Assembly (NCBI GenBank): GCA_963771465.1
Contig: CAVYTU010000017.1
Span: 352,001-416,000 of the forward strand
DNA length: 64,000 bases
Source of the DNA: an uncultured delta proteobacterium
GTDB lineage: Bacteria > Desulfobacterota > Binatia > UBA9968
Direction of reading: 5' to 3'
Position numbers and translations under genes: made by a program
Notes under the pieces: model-generated
Databases searched by the model: none
What the model was told of the DNA's origin: nothing
The model's input: only the letters and a program-made list of their open reading frames with translations
Shown here: positions 55,238-64,000 of the stretch, one piece after another
Layout of the letters: each line of letters opens with the position of its first letter
How positions within the stretch are numbered: the first letter of the stretch is position 1

Positions 55238-56329
55238 CTAGTTTGTCGGCAGCCCGTAGAATCTTTCCGCGTTTCGATATCTCACGCCATCCTTGTCTTC
55301 CTTCGTCAACCGCGTGTTCTCGTCCAGCTCTTCGAGTTCTTCCTTGCAGGTGTCGTTGTTCACTTCATGAGGAAAGTCCGATGAGAAAATAAACGGCTTG
55401 TTACCGACGACGCTGACGGCGAAGGGCAGCGTCAGCTCGTCGCCTTCGACACCGACGTAAATGCGGTTTTCGTCGACGTGGCGCTTGATGTAATCGGTGA
55501 TCGATTCTTTTTCTCGCAACTTCAAGAAGCGCCCGCGCGGGTCGTATTGCACGTGACTGTTCCAGGCGCGTTCGAAGCGTTCGATACAGTTCACGAACCA
55601 GCCGGCGCCGGCTTCCATGAAGCCGAAGCGGACTTTGGGATACTTATCGAAAACGCCGTTGAATAGGATTCCGGCGAAATTCACCATCTGGCCGAACGGA
55701 TGGCCCAACGCATTGACCGGCGCGTAGGGCGTCATGTCGTCCAATCCCATGTGATCGTGCACGCCGCCGTGGATGCCGATGCAACATTCGAGACGATTGG
55801 CCTCTTCATAGATCGGCCAATACTTTTCATCGCCGAGATGATTCTGCGCGCCCATGACGCCGGTGCTCGGCAACATGGCGCCGCAAAAGCCCAACTCTTT
55901 GACGATGCGGCGCAGTTCTTTGACCGCTTCCGCCGGCTCCTGCAGTGGGATCAAGCCGAGCGCCTGAAAGCGCGAGCTCTTGCTCAAGTATTCGTCGTGC
56001 ATCCAGTCGTTGTAGGCATGCGCCAACTCGATGGCCCAGTCCAAACTGACGACACGGCCGAACGACAAGCCGTTGGTCGGATAGAGCACGGCGCTGGTGA
56101 GACCGACATCTTCCATGAAATCGATCCAGCCTTCGCGCCCGACTTTGGCGAAAGCGCCGGGAGGCAGGGCGTGCGCGTTGGCTGAATGCAAATGGTCGTT
56201 TGGAGGATAAGGGCTGCGGCTCGAGCCGAAACGGTCGCGATAAATTTCCGACATGCGGCCGGCGATCGCCGAGTGATCTTCGACGACATGACCGTCGCCG
56301 TCGATAATTTTGTGTTTTGGCTGTCACAT
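55238..56329 (-). CDS. amidohydrolase family 2 protein (codon 2 reads TGA)
   Basis: GGAG RBS, then ATG TGA CAG CCA AAA CAC AAA ATT ATC GAC GGC GAC GGT CAT in frame with the 338-aa ORF; SSDFPHE. Confidence 0.8.
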
Positions 56330-56422
56330 GTGATTGCTCCTCTGAATAGTCATGTCTCGAGCTCGGAGCCGGAGAATCTCGTTTTGCAAATCCGAGATTC
56401 TCGCTACGCCAGGAGACCTCTC

Positions 56423-57517
56423 TTAATTGAGCGTCAGCTGATAAAATCGCTGCGAGTTGCCGAATAGGATCGCGTCTTTGTCGGCTTGTTTAAGGTTCGG
56501 GTTCTCGCGCAGCTCCTCCAACTCATGCTTGCAGGTCTCGGCGTCGACTTCGTGCGGATAGTCGGTGGAGAAGACATAGGGCTTGTTGCCGGTGATGCGC
56601 ACCGCTTCGGTGATGCTCAACTCCTCGCCTTCGCAGCCGACGAAGATGCGTCCTTCGTCGATGTGGCGGTTGATATAATCTTTGATTTTCTCGCCTTTTT
56701 TCAGTTGCAAGAAACGGCCGCGCGGATCGAACTGCACATGACTCGCCCACGAGCCGGTGAACCGTTCCATACAGGTGAGCAGCCAGGCGCAGCCGGCTTC
56801 CATGAAGCCGATGCGCAAGCCGGGGAATTTATCGAAGATACCGTTGAAAATGATTCCGGCGAAGGCGATCATTTGGCTCATCGGATGGCCGAGCGCATTG
56901 GCGACGGCGTAGGGACTCATGTCATCCATCAATAGATTCTCATGGGCGCCGCCGTGAATCGCGATGGCGCAGCCCAGTCGTTCGGCTTCGCCGTAGATCG
57001 GCCAGTACTTCTCCGAGCCCAGGTGCGGCATATTGACGCCCATGGACGGCAACATCGCGCCGGAAAAGCCGAGATCGCGGACGATGCGGCGCAGTTCGAT
57101 TACCGCTTCCGTTGGCTCCTGCAGTGGAATCAATCCCATCGCTTTGAAGCGCTGGCTTTTAGAAAGATAGGTGTCGTGGATCCAATTGTTATACGCGCGC
57201 GCTAGCTCGATGGCCCAGTCGCGGCTGACGATCTTGCCGAAGGCGAGGCCAGCGCTGGTGTAGAGCACCGTGGTGCCGATGCCGACATCTTCGAGAAAAA
57301 GTTCCCAGCCTTCGCGCCCGACGTTGGCAAAGGCGCCTTTGGGCGTGATGTGGCGGTTGGCCGAGTGCAAATGATCGATGGGCGGAAAGGGATTCTTGCC
57401 GCGCGCCTCGGAAAAACTCCTGGCGATATATTCTTCCGGCATGTACTTGACGATGGACGCGATGTCTTCAACCACGTGGCCGTCGCCGTCGATGATTTTT
57501 TGTTGGGTGGCTGTCAT
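56423..57517 (-). CDS. amidohydrolase family 2 protein (tandem paralog)
   Basis: IIDGDGH, IHGG and STDYPHE; collinear with the downstream paralog. Confidence 0.9.
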   Translation of the reverse strand: MTATQQKIIDGDGHVVEDIASIVKYMPEEYIARSFSEARGKNPFPPIDHLHSANRHITPKGAFANVGREGWELFLEDVGIGTTVLYTSAGLAFGKIVSRDWAIELARAYNNWIHDTYLSKSQRFKAMGLIPLQEPTEAVIELRRIVRDLGFSGAMLPSMGVNMPHLGSEKYWPIYGEAERLGCAIAIHGGAHENLLMDDMSPYAVANALGHPMSQMIAFAGIIFNGIFDKFPGLRIGFMEAGCAWLLTCMERFTGSWASHVQFDPRGRFLQLKKGEKIKDYINRHIDEGRIFVGCEGEELSITEAVRITGNKPYVFSTDYPHEVDAETCKHELEELRENPNLKQADKDAILFGNSQRFYQLTLN

Positions 57518-57813
57518 GTTGGTACCTTCTTGCTCCTTATAATCGGTCGGCTCAGTCGGATCCGACGATCAATCAATAAACTGCCTCACGCGGTTTTCCG
57601 CGCCGCTTCTTTCACCAGCGGATATTTTTCGCACAGCGTCTTCGTTGGAAGTGATCATGCAAATCTCCTTGCGCGGAATTTGCCGGATTCTCCAACAGGT
57701 GAGGGTGGGAGTCAAGGTGCTATTGGACTTGCAAAGGATGTAAAATGGCGTCCGCTGGTTTCGCCAGGTAAAATATCGGCTGGATTTTATTTTCGAGATT
57801 TAACAACGTGCCA

Positions 57814-57842
57814 TTGACTTCATCGAGAGTAACGCGTAGCTT
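57814..57842 (+). promoter_or_regulatory. sigma70-like promoter for the RRM gene
   Basis: TTGACT-N17-TAGCTT. Confidence 0.5.
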
Positions 57843-58043
57843 GACACTATCTTCTTCAGTCAATGGCCTTCTGAGAGGACAGAAAAATTTGAAGGCCTCT
57901 TTCCGTCTCTATCCTCTGATAGCAATTTCTAAATGACAATCCGACCAGAGCGGGGGTTTAGTTTTTACGAGCCCATGTTCTGCCCCTTTAGCAGTTAGAT
58001 TCTCAGGATCACAGACCATAACAATGTCTCATAGGAGGACAAC

Positions 58044-58361
58044 ATGGGTAGTAAATTATATGTCGGTGGTTTGCCTTATTCAGTCACAGAAGGAAGTTTG
58101 CGGGAGCTTTTCTCGGCACATGGCACGGTTGAATCGGCCAACGTGATCTCGGATAAGTTTACCGGACAATCGCGCGGCTTCGGCTTTGTCGAAATGTCGT
58201 CGAGCGGCGAGGCGCAAAGCGCCATCCAGTCGCTCAACGGCACGCAATTCGAAGGGCGCAGCTTGACCGTCAATGAAGCCAAGCCGATGGCCAAGCGCGA
58301 TAACTTCGGTGGCGGTGGTGGCCGTAACGGCGACCGCGACGGCGGACGAAACCGCTATTAG
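58044..58361 (+). CDS. RRM RNA-binding protein with Gly-rich tail
   Basis: KLYVGGL (RNP2) and RGFGFVEM (RNP1); AGGAGG RBS. Confidence 0.95.
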   Translation: MGSKLYVGGLPYSVTEGSLRELFSAHGTVESANVISDKFTGQSRGFGFVEMSSSGEAQSAIQSLNGTQFEGRSLTVNEAKPMAKRDNFGGGGGRNGDRDGGRNRY

Positions 58362-58384
58362 TTTTTTCGTTAGATAAGTAGTGA

Positions 58385-58423
58385 AGAGGGAGGCATCTGG
58401 TCGGGGTGTCTCCCTCTTTTTTT
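58385..58423 (+). terminator. rho-independent terminator
   Basis: agagggaggcatc...ggtgtctccctct followed by a T-run. Confidence 0.75.
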
Positions 58424-58556
58424 GTGCGAACGGAGCGGCGTTTGAGGCTACCCTTGTTTAAGTAACCGAAAAGCCCTAGCCTAACTGACATACCTTTCCG
58501 CAAATCTCTCCAACCCGAGCAGCGTCGGCAGAACCGTTGTTTTCAGGAGGTTTCAT

Positions 58557-58745
58557 ATGTACAGAATTTTGTGTGACCGAACGCCTGCGCGCGAACTCGG
58601 TTCGGGTCTAACTTGGTATAGGAAAGACGGTAAGGTCGTCGAATTCGCTACGACGGAAGAAGCCGGGGTGATGGTAAAGGAGTTAAGCGCAGGTCGCAGC
58701 GCGGCCACGGTGAAGTACACGGCGAAAGAATTCAACATCGAGTAA
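58557..58745 (+). CDS. small hypothetical protein
   Basis: AGGAGG RBS; 62 aa. Confidence 0.65.
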   Translation: MYRILCDRTPARELGSGLTWYRKDGKVVEFATTEEAGVMVKELSAGRSAATVKYTAKEFNIE

Positions 58746-59229
58746 GTTCGATTCAATTAAGCGCGGTCTGCTAGGAATTCCGGCAGCGTCGCAGAATGTC
58801 CTTAGCACGGATCTCTCATGTGCAGAGTTGGCGAATAGACCGTCGCTTGCCGAACATCGAGGCGATGAAGCCGGAGTCGTCGAGTTCCGTGCTTGAGCGA
58901 TCGAATTTCAGGATGGAGTTGATCCTAATTTCGCTACTAGCGCAGTATCAAAAGAAAGAATCGAGACTCGACGTTTGTGATTCGTGGATTACAAAAAGCT
59001 TGGATCAGTGTCACGACAGTATTGATTGTTATGCTTGATTCCGATCCCTAACCCCAATCCCGACCCTGGATTTCCAACTCGTTCTTAAAACGCTCATTGC
59101 TGAATTCTCACGTCTTAAAAGCCGCTGCGCCGAGCGGCGTTGCCGACAAAGCTTATCGGCAATTGAATCGGGAAGCCGATTCGTCGGTCCATTTCATTTC
59201 ATGTGGGCGGGATCGTCAAAAAAAGGCAT

Positions 59230-59258
59230 CTAGATACCGGCGTCCGCCGGTATGACGG
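59230..59258. repeat. REP-like palindrome
   Basis: ataccggcg-tc-cgccggtat-gac. Confidence 0.55.
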
Positions 59259-59500
59259 CCGAGTGCGAACACTCGTTTAGTCGCTATCACGATCTCTGCA
59301 ATCGGCATTCTTACCACCGAGTCACTGAGACGATGAAGTTTGAAGCCTCGATGGGGTCGATCGTTTCGCGCTGTGTTGGCCCAACGGCGAAAAATGCGCT
59401 ACTCGCGTTTTTGTCTTGCTCGGCTTGGTGAAATCGTGTTAAGCGGCATGTGCCCTAAGAGTATAAAATTGGGGCGCGGCTCTGAAGTGCGAAACTCCCG

Positions 59501-59671
59501 ATGTTTCAACTGATCAATGGATGTATAGAATGCGCTGAGTGCAGGCACGAGATTCGCCACGGCGACGAATTCAATTGCCAATCCTGCGGAGCGAGCATCT
59601 GCGACAGTTGTCTCTTTTATCATGAAGACGAATGCCTTTTGGGAAATTGGGGCGACAAGCATTTTCATTGA
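59501..59671 (+). CDS. 56-aa Cys-rich putative zinc-finger microprotein (not in the ORF track)
   Basis: MFQLINGCIECAECRHEIRHGDEFNCQSCGASICDSCLFYHEDECLLGNWGDKHFH; TTAAGC-N17-TATAAA upstream. Confidence 0.6.
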   Translation: MFQLINGCIECAECRHEIRHGDEFNCQSCGASICDSCLFYHEDECLLGNWGDKHFH

Positions 59672-59717
59672 CTAGGAAAAGGGTTTTAGCGTTTTCGGGC
59701 GCTGGCGCACGCTTTCT

Positions 59718-59867
59718 AAATTCGAAATCCGAATATCGAAATCCGAAACAATTTCAAATTTCCAAATATTCAAATCCAAAACTCAAGTCCGAATCGAGGT
59801 TGTTTGGAACATTTGGGCTTTTGTCATTCGATATTGTTTCGAGCTTTGGATTTCGAGCTTCGAACTT
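59718..59867. repeat. long inverted element built from 7-mer units
   Basis: aaattcg aaatccg aatatcg aaatccg aaacaat ... attgtttcgagctttggatttcgagcttcgaactt. Confidence 0.75.
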
Positions 59868-59945
59868 ACGCGTTTATTAGCGTCTCTGCGGTGGAACCTT
59901 CCGACGTCGGACCGTCACGACCCACGCGCACGTACACGAGCCTCA

Positions 59946-60716
59946 CTATTTCATTGCCTCCTCATTCAGATCGAACTCCGCGATAACCGGCGCATGATCG
60001 CTGGTGCCGACCTCGCGATAGGCAGCGCACCGGGCGGCTTTCACCGCCAAGGGTTCGCTCGCCAGGATGTAATCGATGCGCCAGCCGATATTGCGCTCGC
60101 GCAACTTGCGCCAGGGCGCCCACCAGGTGAAAAGGTTATCGTTGTCCGGGTCGAGCGCGCGGCCGACATCGACGAGCCCGCGCGCCAGCAGGCGCTCGAA
60201 GATTTCTCTTTCCTCCGGCCGCTGTCCGACCACGCTGGGATTGCGCTCTTTGGGATGGACGTCGCGTTCGCTGCGCGCGATATTGATGTCGCCGCACAAA
60301 ACGATGCGCATGCCGCCGGCGTGAGCTTCGCCGATGAAAGCCTCCATCTGCCGCAAGAATTCCATCTTCGCAGGAAAGTCTTTGCCGCCGTTCGGCACAT
60401 ACACGGAGACGAAGAGCAGATCGCCCAGCTGCGCCGTCACGATACGGGTTTCGACGTCGAAAGCGGGATGGCTAAACACCGGCGCGTCGGCAAATGCGTC
60501 GCGCCGGATGTGGAGCCCCACCCCCGAGTAAGCGCGCTCACCGTGCCAGTAACAGCGATATCCCTGCAGCTCGCAGAGTGCCGCCGGCACCTGAGCCACG
60601 GTCGATTTGAGCTCCTGCAGGCAGACCACGTCCGGCCGCTCGCGCTCGATCCATTCAAGAACCTGAGCCTCGCGCGCACGGATCCCGTTAACGTTCCAGG
60701 TGGCGATTTTCAGCAT
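59946..60716 (-). CDS. xth: exodeoxyribonuclease III
   Basis: ATWNVNG, CLQE, YVPNG, GDIN, WRIDY and SDHAP. Confidence 0.95.
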   Translation of the reverse strand: MLKIATWNVNGIRAREAQVLEWIERERPDVVCLQELKSTVAQVPAALCELQGYRCYWHGERAYSGVGLHIRRDAFADAPVFSHPAFDVETRIVTAQLGDLLFVSVYVPNGGKDFPAKMEFLRQMEAFIGEAHAGGMRIVLCGDINIARSERDVHPKERNPSVVGQRPEEREIFERLLARGLVDVGRALDPDNDNLFTWWAPWRKLRERNIGWRIDYILASEPLAVKAARCAAYREVGTSDHAPVIAEFDLNEEAMK

Positions 60717-60723
60717 TTAAAAA

Positions 60724-60752
60724 ATTATAGAAAGAGATCAGGCAATGTTCAA
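60724..60752 (-). promoter_or_regulatory. sigma70 promoter, probably giving a leaderless xth mRNA
   Basis: TTGAAC-N17-TATAAT, 7 nt before the ATG; no SD. Confidence 0.65.
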
Positions 60753-61141
60753 ACCCGGTGGACTTCAAATGAAAGAGTCGGATGGTTCTCCGCTGAGCTT
60801 TGCATAGTACGCCTCCGTCTCCAAAGTGTCAGCGTGAAGTTGCAGATAAACCTGCTACCGCTCGTCCCAACTCAGCTGTGACTACCTTATCCGTCGCAAC
60901 GACCCATCAGCACTTAAAAAGAAAATCCTGAATCGTGGTTGGTTGGGGGCCTGAGTGTTTCAATGCAAGCACAAAATCTCGCAAAAAGTCTGAGTCGGCG
61001 AAGGTTGTGAACTTTAATCTCATATTTCGGTAAATCAACTCAACCAGGCAAGTTGTCGTGATTCCCGAGCCGCTGGGGTAGCCCTGCAGAGTATGAACGG
61101 TCCGCAGCTGTTGCTTAATTTACCTGTCCCTGAAATCGGGG

Positions 61142-61827
61142 CTAGCCCACTCCGACCCGACTCCGTCGTAGCTGACCCGTAGAGAACCACCACTCTTTTT
61201 TCAACCAATCACTTTTAAAGTCCGTCAGCAAAGAGGAAAGTTTCGATGCGATCTCGCGCCGGATGTCGTTGGCTCGCTGCCGTCTCAGCTCTGCGGTGCT
61301 TGGCTGTTGGATAGGTTTTTCATTGCTGCCGGAGGATTCATGATCTGCCAATAGGTCCAGGACGAAGGCAGTATTGATTCCAGTCCATCCGTAATCTTCG
61401 TTGGTACCCGTCGTGTAACCACGTTCATAAAACTGCAGCGATTGCTCCAAATAACGCTCTTGCCCGGAAAGTTCCCACTTGCGTTTGTAGATGGCACCGG
61501 CCAATCCCAAGGTCTCGCGATCCGTTGTTCGATCGAGGTCAACTTCCCTGAGTATTTGCAGCGCTGTATCTAATTTCTCCTCGGAGAGTAAATCGGGATC
61601 CTTGTAGGTACACAGAGCACGTTGTTGGGCAATTTTGACACGGAGGTTCGTGTCGCCTCGAACCGCAGAATCGGTACCATACTTGTCAAGCAGCTTCCGT
61701 CCAAGGCCAAACGCACGCTCTCTCTTTAGCGTTCCCACAAGGTCAATGACCTCGGACGGGTCACTTGTCGCCCCCGAAGAATGTCTTTACCCATTTTTAC
61801 AGCGTTACTCGCTTCGGTTTGCGCCAT
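61142..61827 (-). pseudogene. truncated TRAFs-binding/TPR-S-like helical repeat protein
   Basis: ATG 61827 MAQTEASNAVKMGKDILRG[-1 G at about 61773]ATSDPSEVIDLVG...ALCTYKDPDL...ETLGLAGAIYKRKW...YGWTGINTAFVLD; breaks after KKEWWF. Confidence 0.65.
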
Positions 61828-62003
61828 ATAGTCTTTTGATCAGCCGGTCATATCATTCCATCCGGAATGGGTAGAGTTTGCCACGGCAAATCCATTTAAC
61901 GGGTGCCCACATTTCTTGTTCTGTGCATCTGCGTTTCTGTTTAAAGCGACACAAGATATTCATGGCCGAAATTACGACTGCGATGAGAAAGCCCCATTCG
62001 GCC

Positions 62004-63065
62004 TCAATTTATTTTGACCCCTCTCTCGATCAAAGCTCTAACCATCACGGCAGCCCCGCATTGTTGTGAGATCACCTGCGGATCGAAGTGGCCATCGGCC
62101 ACATACTTTCCTTTTTCGTAATGATTCGAAAAACTCCACAAATAGGGAGTGGATAAGCGCATGTTTCGATAACCGAACCCATTAAACTTCTCAAACAAGT
62201 AAAGTATGTGCGGTATAGACCAGTCAGTTACGTTTGCCAGGCCATCCAGTTTTAACGCGTCAACGGCACTTGCTTCCCATGGGAATGGTGGTGTGCCGTT
62301 CCGCGGGTGACCAGCAGGGACATGACTTGTCTGCCTCGTTAGCGGATCGCCGTTGTGCAAATGACACGCGAAGTTAAAGCCGCATTCCATGGCATGAATG
62401 ATGCCGACCACTGCCCAAGGAACATTATTCACCGTGGATCCGACTGACTGATAACGGCTCTGGTTTTTAAGTAATTGATTAACATGCCAGTCGACCTTGC
62501 TTTGTTGATCCGCTTTGATGACCAGTGTTCCGAAAAACCGTTCGTATTCCACACGCAGAACAGCAAAGTCTTTACTGGGATCTATCGTCAAACCGTTCGC
62601 TGGCATTCGATGTGTTGATGGGGAACTGGGTGGTACTGGTGAGGCGGGCGTTGGTTGGGATGGTCTCGAGGAAGGAGCGGTCGTCGTACTCGAAGTGGAT
62701 CCGGGCGATGCTGGCGACGGTGCACCTGGTGGTTCAATCGCCCGAGGTGAAGGTTCTGAAAGCTCTCCGTTCCGGAGCAGCTGATTGGTGCGAGTGATTA
62801 CTCCTTCGATCGCTTTGACGAAGTCATCAAAAGGACCCAGGCGTGCACTGTTTACGACTCGCTCGAGAGAAATAGTGGCGCTTTGAATGGCGTTCGCTGC
62901 ATCTTGTAAGTCATCTTGATTAAGCCGCGCTCGAATATTGTTGAGTTGGTTGATGGCTTCAGTAATCGTAGCTTGTTCTGAAGCGTCCGTGGTCTGGCTG
63001 AATCGATCGGTCAAAACGTTCAAAGCTTCAGTGAGTTTTCCCCGCGCTTCATTCTTGATTCCCAT
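62004..63065 (-). CDS. lysozyme-like (COG5526-type) protein with helical N-domain and Pro/Ser linker
   Basis: IIHAMEC..HLHNGDPL..VPAG..WEASAVDAL..EKFNGFGY..PYLWS..GKYVADG. Confidence 0.82.
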   Translation of the reverse strand: MGIKNEARGKLTEALNVLTDRFSQTTDASEQATITEAINQLNNIRARLNQDDLQDAANAIQSATISLERVVNSARLGPFDDFVKAIEGVITRTNQLLRNGELSEPSPRAIEPPGAPSPASPGSTSSTTTAPSSRPSQPTPASPVPPSSPSTHRMPANGLTIDPSKDFAVLRVEYERFFGTLVIKADQQSKVDWHVNQLLKNQSRYQSVGSTVNNVPWAVVGIIHAMECGFNFACHLHNGDPLTRQTSHVPAGHPRNGTPPFPWEASAVDALKLDGLANVTDWSIPHILYLFEKFNGFGYRNMRLSTPYLWSFSNHYEKGKYVADGHFDPQVISQQCGAAVMVRALIERGVKIN

Positions 63066-63128
63066 TTCTTGACCCTCCTGCTATTGCTTCCCAATATCGT
63101 TGGAGTTGCGCTGCAGAATAATCTGACA

Positions 63129-64000
63129 TTAAGCACCCGACCCACGCAGGGTCGAGTAGACCCTTCTCCATGCATCGGCATGCACTGCCAAACGAGCGGA
63201 TTTTTCGGCTACAAAGGCAACGGATGCCGTGTTTTTGGGTTGCCGTACCGCTGTTACTAGCTCGTCAAACGTATTTTGTAACTCCCCGAGCAGGACAACG
63301 TAGTTAGACACAACGATGCGGTAAGTTGATATACGATCCAAATGGTTTTTAGCAATTACCGGATTCTTCAAAGCGTCGGTACTGGTTACTCCTTTTACAG
63401 ATTGAAAGATTAGGGTGTTAAAAACTGCTGGAGCCCCATCTCGCAAGCTCATTACTAACTTTGTCACATGGGGAGCACCCGCTAGGACGAGGCGATTCAT
63501 TTCCTCGATATTCTTACGCTGAGCAGCGTCTCTAATGATCGGATCGAGTGCAGCGAGTGCTCCCGAAAATCCTGCGCCGCCTCCCGGTCCTGCCCCCATA
63601 GCAATCAGTGCTGCTATGTTTCCGCCAAGATTTTGAATCTGCGCTGAGGTCTCGTCGAGATTGCGACCTTCGGCGAGAGTTAATAGTACTTCGGAGTAAC
63701 GGCCAATCAATCGAATACCATCACGAATCCGTCGCGTTGTGGGTGGATCGCCGATTTCCGAATAATAAGATGCATCGTTAGTACAGTAGCCATCGATGAA
63801 GCCGACTTTGGCCCACAGTATACCGCTACATTCCCCAAGGAATGCACTGTCTTTGGCGTTTGCTTCGGCGACATTCTGACCCTGTCGCCTTTCAGCGATG
63901 GCTAGGTCATCAAATAACGGCTGACTGGCCTCGTTGAAGGTGATAAAGGCGCTGTTAAATAGCCTGACTTCCTGAACTGGCGCTACGGCGCAGCTGGTCA
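63129..64000 (-). CDS. hypothetical lipoprotein (start outside the window)
   Basis: The frame stays open to the window edge: ..TSCAVAPVQEVRLFNSAF..PLFDDLAIAER..YYSEIGDPPTT..IGRYSE; lipobox-like Cys. Confidence 0.75.
   Translation of the reverse strand, partial: TSCAVAPVQEVRLFNSAFITFNEASQPLFDDLAIAERRQGQNVAEANAKDSAFLGECSGILWAKVGFIDGYCTNDASYYSEIGDPPTTRRIRDGIRLIGRYSEVLLTLAEGRNLDETSAQIQNLGGNIAALIAMGAGPGGGAGFSGALAALDPIIRDAAQRKNIEEMNRLVLAGAPHVTKLVMSLRDGAPAVFNTLIFQSVKGVTSTDALKNPVIAKNHLDRISTYRIVVSNYVVLLGELQNTFDELVTAVRQPKNTASVAFVAEKSARLAVHADAWRRVYSTLRGSGA

Noticed and set aside
56324-56326. selenocysteine at the in-frame TGA
   Set aside because: Position 2 is non-catalytic, the paralog has no Cys there, and no SECIS-like hairpin is evident
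57569-57658. 29-aa minus-strand ORF with AAGGAG RBS
   Set aside because: Could be a leader peptide or a deletion remnant, but there is no supporting motif
58800-59130. possible remnants (ELDDSGFIASMFGK on minus; LDFQLVLKTLIAEFSRLK on plus)
   Set aside because: Too short to assign without a search
59994-60881. long antisense ORFs (also 39382-40038, 14603-15292 and 10199-11011)
   Set aside because: Shadow ORFs of real genes in GC-rich DNA

Overview
A 64 kb GC-rich bacterial chromosomal segment. The gene content (four stand-alone NMT1/THI5-type solute-binding proteins, paralogous amidohydrolases, Rieske, LLM, TPP and molybdo-enzymes) resembles Candidatus Binatota/Deltaproteobacteria-like genomes; this is an inference, not a database result. 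About 55 CDSs are mostly catabolic or housekeeping (gor, rlmD, xth, yjbQ, ECF sigma/anti-sigma). No rRNA, tRNA, CRISPR array or intact transposase was seen. Several genes carry single-base homopolymer indels that are probably assembly errors; one creates a false LLM-diiron-enzyme fusion. Signals worth follow-up: (i) a three-promoter ECF regulon readable from the DNA (AAC-N17-GTCTAA); (ii) several families of 6/7/9-bp-period intergenic repeat arrays and hairpins; (iii) a 56-aa Cys-rich microprotein missed by the ORF track; (iv) two divergent stand-alone carboxyltransferases with a BCCP-N-like tail; (v) a Cys-free AMDase/racemase homolog; (vi) a beta-propeller/di-heme lipoprotein paired with a hydrolase; (vii) an AT-richer terminal island (lipoprotein, lysozyme-like protein, truncated TPR-S-like gene).
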